NCBI GenBank assembly: GCA_001949185.1
Contig: BDGG01000002.1
Coordinates: 2,477,826 to 2,541,825 of the forward strand
DNA: 64,000 bases
Direction of reading: 5' to 3'
Source of the DNA: Ramazzottius varieornatus
Lineage: Eukaryota; Animalia; Tardigrada
Part shown: positions 40,622-53,600 of the stretch, in pieces
Layout: every line of letters starts with the position of its first letter
Numbering within the stretch: the stretch's first letter is position 1
Position numbers and translations under genes: made by a program
Notes under the pieces: model-generated
Seen by the model: the letters and a program-made list of their open reading frames with translations, nothing else
Databases searched by the model: none
What the model was told of the DNA's origin: nothing

Positions 40622-41320
40622 CGAGGGGATTATGCCTGTCCCGACGTCCGGATAGTCAAACGTCCCGGCAGAACGATAGAAGAGAGTCTCTTCTTTGTTA
40701 TGAGCTAGGGAGCTAAATCCCCCGACGATCCTGGAANNNNNNNNNNNNNNNNNNNNNNNNNNNNNNNNNNNNNNNNNNNNNNNNNNTGCACCTTGATTAG
40801 TTGATTATACGAGTCACTGCACGGTGTAATGTGTGTGTTATGTGATATTGGGTCTTGTTTTAGTATGCGGTGTGGTGAATGCATGGCGGACCTCAAATTG
40901 GAACTGGAAAGTTTCGTCCAGATTTCGAGCGACCGGACTGTACAGCAGGGACGTAAGCTCCTTGATTGGGAGTTTGATTGAACAGATTGAACAACTCAGT
41001 CGATCAGCTGTTCCGTCAGATTCGGACTGGATGGTGTGCTATCGGGCATCTGCAGCTACTGTTGGCACGCTATTCGGTCATCCTGTTGACCATCTGAGCG
41101 GCTTGTTTGTAATGTCTCCAATCAACACTCGCAATCAAAGAGCTTTACGTCATCCCGGCATACTGAAGCGGTCAATGTACTTAATTTCCGAGTCCTATAG
41201 TTCATTCCAGGATCGTCGGGGGATTTAGCTACCTAGCTCAGATTATAAAAGAGACTCTCTTCTATAGTTTGGCCGGGTCGGTTTGACTATCGGCACGTCG
41301 GGACAGACATAATCCCCTCG
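40622..41320. mobile_element. Non-autonomous long-TIR element (family B), contains an assembly gap
   Basis: ~115-bp TIRs (cgaggggattatgcctgtcccga...agctaaatcccccgacgatcctggaa), flanked by CTA on both sides. An N-run lies at ~40737-40786. A second copy is at 53077-53834. Confidence 0.85.
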
Positions 41321-41833
41321 CTACAGCGTCACCAGTGATCATCTTTGCATGAGGGCCCACGGGGATATCTCTGAATCTCTGCTCATCTCTTCAATGGATT
41401 CTTTCATTCTGGGACACGTATTGCAGAATCAAGTCAACAAGTAAAGTACGAAGCATTTTCGTAGTATATCATATCAATCCAATAAAATTTGCAGATGTCG
41501 GTGCCACTGGTCTTGATGAAGTAAGCCATAAAATATCCAGGACGGAAGGATTACAGGTACGATGGAAATGATGGGACAGCGAAAATCATGTGACAGGCAA
41601 AAAGGACGACAAAATGGAGATTCAACCGTAGAAAAGTATCGAAAAGTGTATTACTATGAATCAGTCGCGTACGTACGTTCTTCCGTACCGCCGTAGCGAA
41701 AATGCCTGTCCTATAATCTTTTACTGTCCCATAATCTCGTCGTCCGTGTATTCGCATGATCATTCAGGACAGTGACTCGTAGTGTGTTACAGCAGAACAT
41801 TCTGTGTAAGACGTAGCGGTAGAGTAGTTCTGC

Positions 41834-42939
41834 ATGTTGCCTTCTGCGCTACAATTCCAAAAAATGACCCGTCAATTGGCCAACAACAATACGGCGCTTG
41901 AGTTCTCCGTTCAGAACTTATCCTCGGAACCGAACTCAACACTTCATCTCCCAACAGTCAGTTCTCAAGTTGGTTGGTTCTTCAGTGTTTTGCTCGTGTG
42001 CGTGGTCTCCGTTGGAGCGAGTATCTGTTTGTTACTTGCGATCGTGAAAGACCAAACGTCCAGCCTTAGTACTCGTATTCTCATAGCCAACATGTGCGGT
42101 ATTGGAATCATTTTCTGCCTGGTTTTTGTACCCGCTACCAGCATTGTTGGGTTCTTTCCATCCTTATGGCAGTATGAAAGCGCCCGAAATTCCTCATGTC
42201 CGTTATATATGGGCCTGGAGATCTGCTACACGTCCTTCAGTTTCACAGACGCGTTTCTGGCCTCCAACCGACTGGTTGCCGTCTGCTTTCCTCGCCACTA
42301 CGATACTTGGCAAACCCCAAAAATCTCCTACGCAATGGTCGCCGCAAGCTGGTTGATCAGTATTACGCTTGTTGCCCTCAACGTACTAGAAGTCGGTGGA
42401 CACTACGTGCAGCTGTGGGACTTCACCTGCCAAGCCGAACCAACCAACTCGTTCGGTTTGGTGCTGTTCGCGGTCAGCGGAACGGGTCCTTACTTTTTAA
42501 TCGGTATATTCTCCCTAATAATCTTCACTACAGCGCACATCAAGTCGCGCGGTTTGAGGGCTCAAATGGCGAGCTCGACGTCTGCTCGACATCAGCTGCG
42601 AACGTTGCAACGGAAGCTGGTCATCGCTAGAGCCATGGGAATACTGCTGGTCTGGAGTTTCATCACACAGATACCGTTTACTGTGGTGCCGATGTACGTG
42701 CCGCGCCTGGAGGAAGAGTACTATGACCTGTGGAGATTCTTGCGCATTTTCCCACTGACGCAGTATGCGCTTAGCCCGGTATGGTTCGATAGATCTCAAA
42801 ACAATTAGCCATGTGAGAGGATATTCAAAACTTGGATTTCAAAGCGGTCCTTTGTTTATAGCTGGTGCTTTTGGCATTGAGCTCCTCGTACCGGAGGGCG
42901 TTGCAACGTTTTGGGGCTATCCAACCCAGAGATCTGTGA
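41834..42939 (+). CDS. Orphan rhodopsin-like (class A) GPCR, 2 exons
   Basis: Seven hydrophobic segments, N-terminal NxT/S sites, and TM3 ASNRLVAVCFPRHY (a DRY variant). TM7 YALSP ends at an intron (42779-42861); the second exon encodes LVLLALSSSYRRALQRFGAIQPRDL*. Confidence 0.88.
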
Positions 42940-45900
42940 GGCCTGATGCTTCGTGAACAGGGAACAGCACAAGAATCTTGCCAATATTTCCCGTATGTGT
43001 TTTAGTTTCTTGCTAAAAGATTTTCTAGAGTGATATCACTGGAAAATACAAAGAACTACATTACATCGAAAAAAAGGATTCATGGCTCGAAGGCAAGAAA
43101 TTGACTTTGGTCATATCATCACTGCGTTACTGCTGCCAGGAATCGATGATAAACTGTACATTTGATAAAGTAGCTTTACACGTAGAAAGCAGTCTGCCTG
43201 CCCATGCAGCGATATAGAAACGTTTTGCCAGCTAGTAGCAAACTTCTATTCACCACTACCGACGCAGTTTTGAGAATCCCGCACCAAATCTCTTTGTTTC
43301 CGGCGCCGAAGAAGTTAGCTGTCGTAGAAGCAAACTGTTCGGGCCGGTTCAGTGTGGCGAATTGCTTTCCATGTCGATGGTCCGTGCTCCCACCAGCTCT
43401 CGCAAAAATATCGGCTACGTACCAATACTGCTCGTGCAGACTCCTCCAGTTTGACATCGTTAGCCTTCCTTGAAAACTCTACAAAGGGATTGACAGCAGA
43501 TACTTCAGTCTCTGTAGACCACTGTGTTGCGGTTGCTGGATGAGGTCGTCAAGTATAAAACAACGGTCTTAAAGATGACAGAGAAATGTTCCGACTATCA
43601 CGCCCAAGAAAGAAAGAGTACGAACAAAGTAATGACCGAAGTGTATTCCGTACTTCCGTTTGGGCCGGACGGGTACCCAGAGTACACTGTTCTCAACCGG
43701 CGCATACGTGGTCGAGCGCATGCTGTGCGCCCCCACGTAGGTAGCTGATGCACGCGCAGAATTTCGGACTTGTGAATTTTCAGACGATAAATTTCGTGTT
43801 TGTTGATTGCTCGTCAGCTCTGGCCACTGTCTACCTTCTCCATCTCTCCTCGCTCGTTACTTTTCTAATACTCGCTCGCTATTCCCTAACATCTTCCACA
43901 CGTTGTCAAACTTCGAAGAAGTCTGGGAGAACAGCCGATTGACAGGAACGCGGACTTTGCTGCACCGGGTACTGCTCTCTCGTTACGGCATTCTACGTCT
44001 CTCGAATGTTGCTGGCTGCACCTGACGGTAAGCAAAGCTCAATTAACTTTCTGAACTTTCCACTGGGCGACAACGCCAATCAGGGATACTCAGTAAGGTT
44101 TCGTTATCAAACTTCAGCCGAGATGAGGTAAGCATTTGGTTAGTCTTTGGTTTTCCAAGATTTGAACACCCGTTTATTCGAACAAACTGAAAGCAGAGCA
44201 CGAAAGGAACCTTCCATTCCGAACGTTTTAGTTTTTGAACGCAGCAAAGAAGCATGAGGTTCTTCGTAAGCTGTATAGATTTGCTGTGGATACAGGATAC
44301 CAATCTTGTCGCGAAAGTCTAACAGCGCAAACTGCAGTGGACATCAAAAGCTGAATTTCTTCGTAACTGAACGTTGTAGTTTTCAGGTGGAAAGCTGACA
44401 TCAGAACGAAGCCGCCATCCAGCTGAACGAGATGGGATCGGGCGAGAGCAGCGGAAAGAGTCTTGGTTCTGAGAAAGGTGCCGGAATTCTTGACTAAACG
44501 GATTAACCGAACAGTCGTGAAAATAAAGACAACTTCGAAAGTGCTTTTCACAGAACGCGACTGACTGTCAGAATGTCATGTCAGACCTCCATCCGACACG
44601 ACAGCCTGTCAGCCGGCCACCGACTTGGCCCGATCTTTCGAATCAATCACGCAATCAAATTTATCTTTCGATTGATTGATTGGCCAGGTCGAAATTCACG
44701 GGTGATGCGCACACAGGTGCAATTTAGTAGACTGATAGTACATATTGCTACAAACACGGAGGATCCCCTATCTCGGTGTACTCCGAATGTACGATTGTTT
44801 TTTCTTGGGCGGTGAACGTTTCAACCAGCTCTTTAGAAGAAATTTGCGTTGGGCCCCATGGCTGCCTGTTGAAAAGAATACGTTTTTGTTTACTTCATTT
44901 GTACGAAGATTGAACACTGTAGAACTGGTTTATCAAGACACAAGCCTTACAAATTTCCTGACACCGAGGCCGGTTTCCGCCAAAACCACAGTTGGGTTCG
45001 TTAGGCGGAGGTGGCCCTTGGCAAATCCATGGCACAGTTGGCCGGCTGCATACGTCTAACTGAGCAGGAAGAGCAACGAAAACCTACTCGAGGAACATAA
45101 AATGGAACCAGAGCCGCTAAACATCAAACGGACAGAGGGCTTACAATACCTGTCGATTCTCACCAGTCGAGTCGTAACTGGTAACCGCACGTGCGATGCG
45201 GTACTGAACTCAGGAATCAAAGAACTCCGTGGTAAGGTTCGTGTACGTAAAATGTCCGATTGAAAAACTTCTTAACGAGCAGTTTTCCATCTCTCCAGTC
45301 GAAGTCCAGATCGGATACCAGTGTTGCTCGCACCATTTCGAAAAAAATGCCGACGGCGTTGAAGTTGTTCAAAACTGTCCCTACTCGTTCTGTCTACATC
45401 GCAGCGATAATTATAACAGAGAAGTTGCACTTTGCGCAGATGCTTTGAACAAACGACAATTTGGACGAAATGTTTTCCCGAAGGGAATTTATAATTCGCT
45501 TCGCGAGAGCAAGGAGCAATGAAATCTAGTCTTAAAAAAACCGCACCCTTCAAGAAACGTAACGTCGAACGAGTGGATGATTACTTGGAAGGAAAGACAG
45601 GGCAACAAGCTAAAGAATTGGATATTAAACTGCCAATGCATCGAGAAAACCAAGCTCGATAACGCAGCCGAAAAAACATCCGACGCGAGCAACTAGAGTT
45701 CGACCGAGAAAGGCTGGGAGTGGAGGAAGCTGACAAACAACGACGTTTCGAACTGGGGGGAGATGAGCGAGAGAAGCAAGTCCAGCTGGGGAAGGAAGAA
45801 CGAGATAGCTGATGCGTGGTCTTATGTTGAGTAAGAAGTAACTTTTTGACTTCTCTTACCATGTTTCCTAGTGGTCAGCTTCATGTTCGGCATAGTTGGC

Positions 45901-47391
45901 CCAGCATGTGTTCTTCTTGGTCCCTTTCTTGTCATCCTGGACTTGCTTGTTGATCTCCGAGCGATTCCTGTTACAGTTCCACGCCACTGCGATATTTCGG
46001 GCCAAACCGAAAGTTCTGGAAGGCAAAGGAAATCTGGCAGGTTGACCAGTCCATGTGTTAAGTCCGCCACAACAACTAGGTAGGCTTCAGTCAACAGAGA
46101 CAAGAGAAGACAGATCAAAAGTACATCACTAACGGTGGCGCAGAAAAGACGGCGAGAAACAGTCGCACATATCACTTCTAGATTTAGGAATCGAATAACT
46201 AAAGTTCCACAAGGTGAATTTTCAAATTTTCGAAATTGCCGCACCACAAAGCGACCAGTCATCTGAATTCACGCCGTGTTTCCGTTGTGCCGCGCTAGCG
46301 GGCATCCGCTTCCGCTACATCGGGTTCCGAAAGGCTGAACGGTGGGGTTTTTACAGCCCATGTTAATTACTGTAAATATTCACTGCATTCACGCAGTACG
46401 TACACGTACGTGACGACGCACCCCCGGTTGGGGGTTGGACACGCAGTAAAGCCAGAGATGCTAGAGGGGGTAGAGGAACCGCTGGGTATGCCGTAGAGTC
46501 GCAGAACATGGAAGCCGTAGAGGCACTTACCACTGGAAGGAGGAAAGCAGCAGAAAGAAGGAAGTACGAAGCTTCGTTTGAGCACGGGATGTCTTGGTTC
46601 CGAAATGTCCATCAGCTGGCTCTTTCGTCAGCAAGGATAAGGCTGTTCAGCGTTGATGTTCCGGTAACCATCCTCCTGGGTCGCTAGCTGGTTCCTAACG
46701 AGAAACCAGCAATACGTTCTACGGAAAAAAATAGAAGGGAGACGCCCCAGGTAGTGTAAAGATCTGTCATCCTTGGCACGCGTGATCCTATTTAGAAGTG
46801 ATTTACGTGTCACCCACCCGTAAGCCATGTTCGTTTGCCACGCGCTCCGATACTTACTTACGGTAGCTGCTCCGCAGTGAGCCGTATTTAGGTGCTTGCC
46901 GGATCTATCACACAAACGCAGGCGCTTCGTGTATTTGCCTACACAGTTAATGCACAGCGGTTCGGTGTGTCAGATGGTGCCGAACTGTCGGTTTGCCCCG
47001 AGCAGCTCAAGGTTATCGGATGTCGTCCCTTTGACCTCAAACTTCAATGGAAGCTAGTCCGGCGATGACTTTATCATTGGAAGACTGGCGTGACGTACCT
47101 ACGCGTTCCTCTAACCCCTCTAGTTTCTCTGGTAAAGCCGGACCCGGGCTGTACTTCGCGTGTACGATGACGTGGTCCGCGGACGCAGCGAATCTTTACA
47201 GTACGTCCATTGGGCGAAGAAGTTTAGTGCAAATTCTCTACTGATCTATGGTCCGGGTGCTGTAACAGCATATCTTGATGATCACCGGGGAGCCTTACCG
47301 TGGTGTTTGCAAGCGGAGCACTCTGACAGAGGTCGCGGAGAACATCCAAAAAGCAACCGTGATCACTGCGAAAAAACATCTCGCTTCGGTA

Positions 47392-47596
47392 TACGCACGA
47401 AGGGGAAGTCTGGACCAGTCCAAAGTCTGGATCAAGCGAAAATAACGGCACCGTGAAACTCAACCGTAGAATATTGTCAAAATTACATGAAGTTGAATGA
47501 AATTCCCGACAGTTTTCTACGGATGAACTTCACGGTACCGTCTTTTTCGCTTGGTCTGGACTTTGTACTGGTCAAGACTCTCCCTTCTTGCTTGTA
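47392..47596. mobile_element. Foldback/hairpin MITE
   Basis: ~92-bp imperfect inverted arms (gcacgaaggggaagtctggaccagtccaaagtc... / ...gactttgtactggtcaagactctcccttcttgc) with a very short spacer. Confidence 0.75.
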
Positions 47597-48893
47597 CTAC
47601 CGGCAACGATTCATAGAAATCTTTCGCTGTTTACGAACAGGATACGCATAACACAGCCCGATTCAGCCAAATTGTCTCTGTAGTTTACACTTTACCCCTC
47701 GAGAAATTCAGGTCCTTGGTTTTCGTTATGTCCCAGTTGGTTTCTCGTTTTTCCGACCTATTCTGCGTGCAACGAATACGCTTCCGGGATGTTTTAGTGC
47801 GAACCTGTCCGGCGAACTCATTCTGAAACTAGGCACCAAAACGCTTTTTGAAATTCTGCGTGTAATTTCCCTGAAAACTTTTCAGCTCAGGTCTCCAGCA
47901 GGAAGGAAGCCTTCAAAGCATGGTTTTTGGAGCCAGTATAATGTGCAGCAGTTTGACATAAGCTGTTCGGGAAAAACGCTTAGCTTTGAAAGAATTTAAC
48001 TTTCTTCGTAGGAAAAAACATTTTGCCCCAGTAATCTGGCGTTCTTTATTTAATCTAATTTTCCTTGAGCCGTTGGTTGTAGACGGCTTCTTTTGTTCTC
48101 ATATTATGTTTGGAAAGATGTTTATCAGTATCAGATTCGTTTTGGTGCATACTCGAGGTAGGCGAGGAAGAACTGAGTTTTTAGGAAAAACGGGGACAAC
48201 TTGGCTGAATTGGGTTGTAATAGTTTTCATACAGGCTGTTCTCTCGCCTACGGTTCGCTCGCAACTTGATGGACAAATATTCCATCCAAGGAAAAATTCA
48301 AGTCCCACTCAAGTTCGAGCCACGTTCGAGCTGCTACACCGAGCAGCCCATTATTGATTGTCAATCAACTTGGCAATACCCGGTTCAGCAGCTCATCAGT
48401 GGTTCGAACGCAACACAGTCCACTCGCTCGAAATTCGTACAAATCTTTCCTATTTCAATCCAAGGCCAGCTAAACAGCCACCGCACAGCATGCCAAGCTA
48501 CAGGCCGAAATTATATAACATATACGAGGTAACGGACATAACTCGGGCTAGTGATGTTGGCATAAGCAAATCCGAACCCGATTTAATTTTATCGTAATAT
48601 CGACCCTCTGAGTCGAATCTAATTCAATATAATTTAACACGATTTATTATATTAAGTCGTTTTTGCACCTAATAAGCTGATTTCAATATGCTGTATTAGC
48701 CAAAATCGGCCATTCTGCACCTGATTTAATGCTGATTTCAAAACATTTCTCAGGAGTCATCTAATAAATGTTACTACAATATATCAGATCAAAAAAGCAT
48801 CTAATGTTGCCTAATTTAACATAATATATGCCAAAATCACTGATTCGGGCATAGCGATTTTTGCACCATAATTCAGGCAATGCATAAAGTTTA

Positions 48894-49520
48894 GGAAAGT
48901 GCTCCGCACACCACCGAAAACCACCATTGTCTCCGCACACCACGTGCCACCACCATAATCTCCTAATACCACCTTTTCACCACCGTTTGTCTGGACGTAC
49001 CACCTTTCTTTCACCACCGTTAATCAATCAATCAATTCTCTGCGCACCACTCTTGTCCGGAGAAAAGCGTCTTTTGCAAGCGAAGAACTGCGGAACTGGT
49101 TCTTAGACTGTTTCGATAGTAAAAAGATCGAGAAACTGTCATGCCGTCGGGGGAGACCTGGTACCGGAGTGGGATATCGTAGCCCGGTCACTGTAGCCAT
49201 AGAGTTGGCGGTGTTCTGGCACGTTCAGATAAGAGGAAGAACTCACGATCCTAAAGCTCCCGCTGTTGACAAAACACTTCTTGCCACCTGTAATAACGAC
49301 AGAAGGGGATCTAACTTTCTTCGCTGAGACGAAGTAATGAAAACCACTCTGGGATAAAGCGGTGCCCGAAGTCCTTGGTGGTGGCCCTTAGTTAGGAATT
49401 GGTGTACGGAGTAAACGGTGGTGATGGTTTGGAATTGAAAGGGGGTATTAGGAGACTACGGTGGTGAAAGATGGTATCAGGAGACTATGGTGGTGAAAGG
49501 TGGTGTGCGGAGCCTTTCCC
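48894..49520. mobile_element. Non-autonomous Mutator-type element
   Basis: 9-bp TSD TAAAGTTTA at 48885-48893 and 49521-49529. TIRs ggaaagtgctccgcacaccacc / ggtggtgtgcggagcctttccc, with ACCACC-rich subterminal repeats. Confidence 0.88.
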
Positions 49521-50663
49521 TAAAGTTTAAGTTTTGTCATCAACGCTTGATTTGTCACTGTGCCTCGTATTTTTACAATAAGTTTGCCCTCTTAGATGTA
49601 GTGGAGCCCGCTTAACGTAAATCTAGCTGGTCGTATCGGCATAGGAAAGCAATCGGACAATTTCGGGTGAGCAACATCCCGTGGTTGAACTGGATGGTTG
49701 TATTGTATTTCGCCTGCATGTTTGAGATGGCTAACTGGTGAACCAGGATATTGTACGACAAGGAAGCGTGAAACTTCGGATTTTAAAACTCAGTGGTAAC
49801 GACATTGATGACAAATGCGGCACTAACGATTCCAAGAGCCAGTCTCCATCATAAAGCCTAGGCGAAGCACGAATTCTGAAATTCGAAAACGCTTTCGCAG
49901 CTAAAAAAATCTGTAACCTGCATCTTCTGTAAAGAAATTCTCATTGGCAGTGACACAGATCCGTCAAGATGTTTAAATCCGTCTTTCATGAGATTTTCAG
50001 AAGAAAACAAAATAATGCCGTGCACTCCGCTTATTACGACGAAGAGGCTTCCTGCATTGGTAACTGCATTTTCAAGTCCCGGAACACAATTGGGTTAAAT
50101 TGCGGAAGTAGAGTCGGGGTATGATTAATAATTTAGGTTTTAGGAGCACGTTGGAGGGATGGGAGGAATGGAGACTCTTGATCAGCCATGGGTATCGTGT
50201 ACGCAAAGTCAGATTAACCGCTGAAACCGTTGTTGCCGACCGCTTTCTTTTATAGCCCTTCTAGAGATTTTTTTGTAACCCCGGACCAACAAACCACAAT
50301 TGATATTGGCATTCCCGGTAAGACAGAGGCAGTGACTGTTCCCAGCCGAAGCGGAGGGGTTGTCACATAGGCATAGTGCCACTCTAGAGGTACTTTTAGC
50401 TTCGATGACGTTTTTAGAAGAGAACAAAATTAATGCCGAGCGCTCAGCTTGATATGATGAAGAGGCTTCGTGCATTAACAATCATATTAACAATCACGTT
50501 GTTCAGTCCAGTACGAGAATCGTGACTGTAAATTTGACGTGTTCTGCAAAAAGTCAAAGCAGTTTATTTGTCTGTTTCTTTGAGTATTCCTTGTTTTATT
50601 TTGCTTCTGATCCGCTATGCACATTCGCATCAGTAGTTCACTTATTTGCTCGTAAATTCAGAG

Positions 50664-53600
50664 TCAAACAAACACTGACGACTGGAATTTGTCCATGTTA
50701 TACTGCGCGCCCGACAGTTGTCTACTTTCAAAACGAAGGCGATGAGCATCGATCAAGTCTTCGTCTAGGATCCACCAGTTAAGGTCTCCAGCTGTCCGTG
50801 GGCGTTTAGAAAGGATTCTAGAACAGTAAAAGAACAAACTTGCCCGACAAACCTTTCCGGACGTTCGTTGTCTTGTGACATGAACAGTCGCACCTGTAAA
50901 CCAAAACGGGACCAACAATAACAGCAAATATCATGACCGACGATCCTGCCGATATTTGCATAAGCGCACGAGGTCCGCCTACGAAAGGACAGTTCGCATA
51001 ACGATCAAAATTCTAAGTGCCAGGCATGTTCTTTTGGTGTTGATAACGTTAAGGCCATGGGCCATCCAGTACCTGAACTTCGACATCGTTGGCTATTTCC
51101 ATCGAAGCCACAGAACGGTTCGTTGGGTGGAGGTTGACCTCCACGCGTCCAAGTAAGATCTCTTGACTTGAAGACGTTCGATTGAGCAGGAAGAGAAAGG
51201 AAAACCTATGGATAACGATATAAGGTTCTTTAATAGCTTTGTCACAAAGACTGCAACTTGGACGACACAGAAAGATCCTTAATTTTGAGGAAGAGTGTGG
51301 TTTTCGTGCAGATCACCGACCACCGAACATCGCAGTGCTTTATATTGATAAGGCAGTTGGAATCGCTTGGTCTATCTCAGTTCTGAGTCGGCTGTTACGC
51401 GACGAACGAAGCGTTGATCGATTTGAACCCCGATCGACGCAGCTCTAACCGTCTACTGTCAGCCCATGCAATGGTTTATAGGCAAGCAAAGCTAGCCGAT
51501 TCTGTAGCACCAAATAATCACCCAGCTACAATTCCTCGCCGAAGCCACGACAGTTCCAAGCTAGAGCCCGTTCGGCCTAGTCCTCGGAGCCAGTCTTTTG
51601 TCCAAAGTTAATAGATCCATTTTGCCAACTTCTGTTACCTCCACGCTTCTAGTGGAGGAAGAGGTATCCAGTTTGGAGACCTGCTACGGATATGGGTACA
51701 ATCTGGCACGAAAAGCACACTCCCCTTCAGAATTCCAGAATTTCACTTGGCGTACTTGGCGAGTTTCGCTAGTTGAATTGTAGAACGTAACGGCTAGGGC
51801 GATCTGGTGTTGACCGTTGGCGTCGAAGAACTCCTCGGTACCCAGGGCAGTCCGGAAAGTTCGATTAAAGAACTTTGCAATGAACTGTTTTCCGTTTTTC
51901 CAGTCGAAATCCGGCTCATCCGTTACAGTGAAATTGACGACTTGCAAGAAGACATCGATGGCAATGTAGTTGCCAATGATAAACTCTACGGGCTTTACAT
52001 CAGCGAAACAACCGTGAGCTACATGAGAGTTTGTATAACACACTAACATATGGTCAAAATAGGCCGCACCGTGGTATTCGCAAATCCAGGCATCCGACGA
52101 ACGTCGTCGACAGCTTCCGAAAGACGACCGCGCTTGTCGTTAAGCAGGACTTGCTCCGGAAAATAAAGGGGCTGAAAAACTATCACGGCCTCATAGGCAG
52201 ACTTGGCGATCTGAGTGAAGAACGATTCGGATAAACTGAAGGGACCATTAGAATTAGGTCGTTGACACCTACCTGATCGAATGAGTCGTCCCGTCTCCAG
52301 CCAAAGTCACCCATCATTGGCGACCGTACCATTTCCACCGCTATGTACACCTTCGGACAGAAGAAATTTAACTGTACTAAACTTAACCGATTATCGGTAC
52401 ACGCAGTTTGCCTCATTATCGTCCGGGACAAAATTAAGGGCCACCGGCTGGAAGCGGCGGCTGCCAGCTCAAGCTGAGTAATCAAACTAATCAATCGACG
52501 CGCTGCCGCTCTCGGCCGGTGGCCGGTAATTTTGTCCCGGCCGATAATCAGGTAAACTGCGTGTACAGAATGACTCAAACTATGCATGCAGTAGTGTTTC
52601 CTTACGTATTCTGCCGTTGTGATGTTCAGCAGAGCTCCTCGAATCATGAGCAATCGGAATAGGTTTCCGTTTCCAAAAAACAGAAGGACTGCGAAATTAA
52701 ATCCGATATCGAAAACTTTGCTGCAAAAATTTCGATAAAATGAATTCCGAAGGCATACTTCGAGACGATTTTCTGAATTCGTGAAGCACGCTGTCCGTGT
52801 CATTCAAGTTTTTTATAGTCAGCGATCGGCTGTGATAGATGATTCCTGGTCGAGAGCGCAGCGCGTTTTTCGCTTCCAACGCAAACGCAATAAAAGCCGG
52901 CAGTGATGTATTGTCTGTCACCGAAAAGATGGTCGTCCAGTTGAAGTAATCAACTAACAGTGTGTATAGTCGGGTGTATTGCAATTCAGCCACGGTTGAA
53001 GACGAAAGCCATGTCGGAGAAAGCTGTCGGTTTCGAATTAGGCGGTCCGCCTGCACTCTAGAGGAAGAAGTTCTCACAAGGGGATTATACCTGTCCTGAC
53101 CTCTAGACTGCTAAACTGCCTCGGCGAAACGAGAGACGAGAGTCTCTTCTTTCATCTGAGCTAGGTAGCTAAATCACCCCGTCCCCCGATGATCCTGGGA
53201 GAAACAACAGGACTCGGAAGTGACGTCAAAATTAGGGCTCTGCATAGGCGGAGAAACGAACAATCAAGAGTTGATTGTTCGATGGTTGCTTCGGGTTTTA
53301 ATTGAGTTTGTCCTACCTGCTCGTGCACTTTTCCGGGTTTATTTTCCGATCTTCTCTCGTTTGCTCGCTGATTCCTGTGCATCTTTGAAATGGATCCTGT
53401 CAACCCGCTGGACGTTAGCGAGCTCCTTAAATGGTATTATAGCTGCATTACCGTATGAACGATTTTCCAAGCCAAGCTGAAAAGGAATTCAAGGAGACGG
53501 TCAAAGGCAGTGTTTGCTTCTTCTGACAGCTGCATACAGCACTCGAAAAATTAGAAAGACGCGGTATATGTTGCTGCAGTCATTTTTGTACGATCTATCT

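Larger units (their letters stand above)
44900..49870 (-). pseudogene. Decayed tandem paralog of the NPR/rGC-ectodomain receptor
   Basis: ~49600-49830 reads INVVTTEF*NPKFHASLSYN..QLAISNMQAKY...QFNH...DCFSYADTTS (homologous to exon 1 of 50664-55848). ~45150-45380 reads DLDFDWRDGKLLVKKFFNRTF. ~44950-45035 reads WICQGPPPPNEPNCGFGGNRPRC. Stops, frameshifts and TE insertions lie between these pieces. Confidence 0.8.

Noticed and set aside
45229-45522. THAP-like CSHHF motif on the + strand
   Set aside because: It is the antisense shadow of the receptor pseudogene exon, and the other THAP residues are absent.
45520-45812. Charged coiled-coil fragment (EQLEFDRERL...) as Harbinger or gag ORF
   Set aside because: It is short, interrupted and has no diagnostic motif or termini, so it cannot be assigned.
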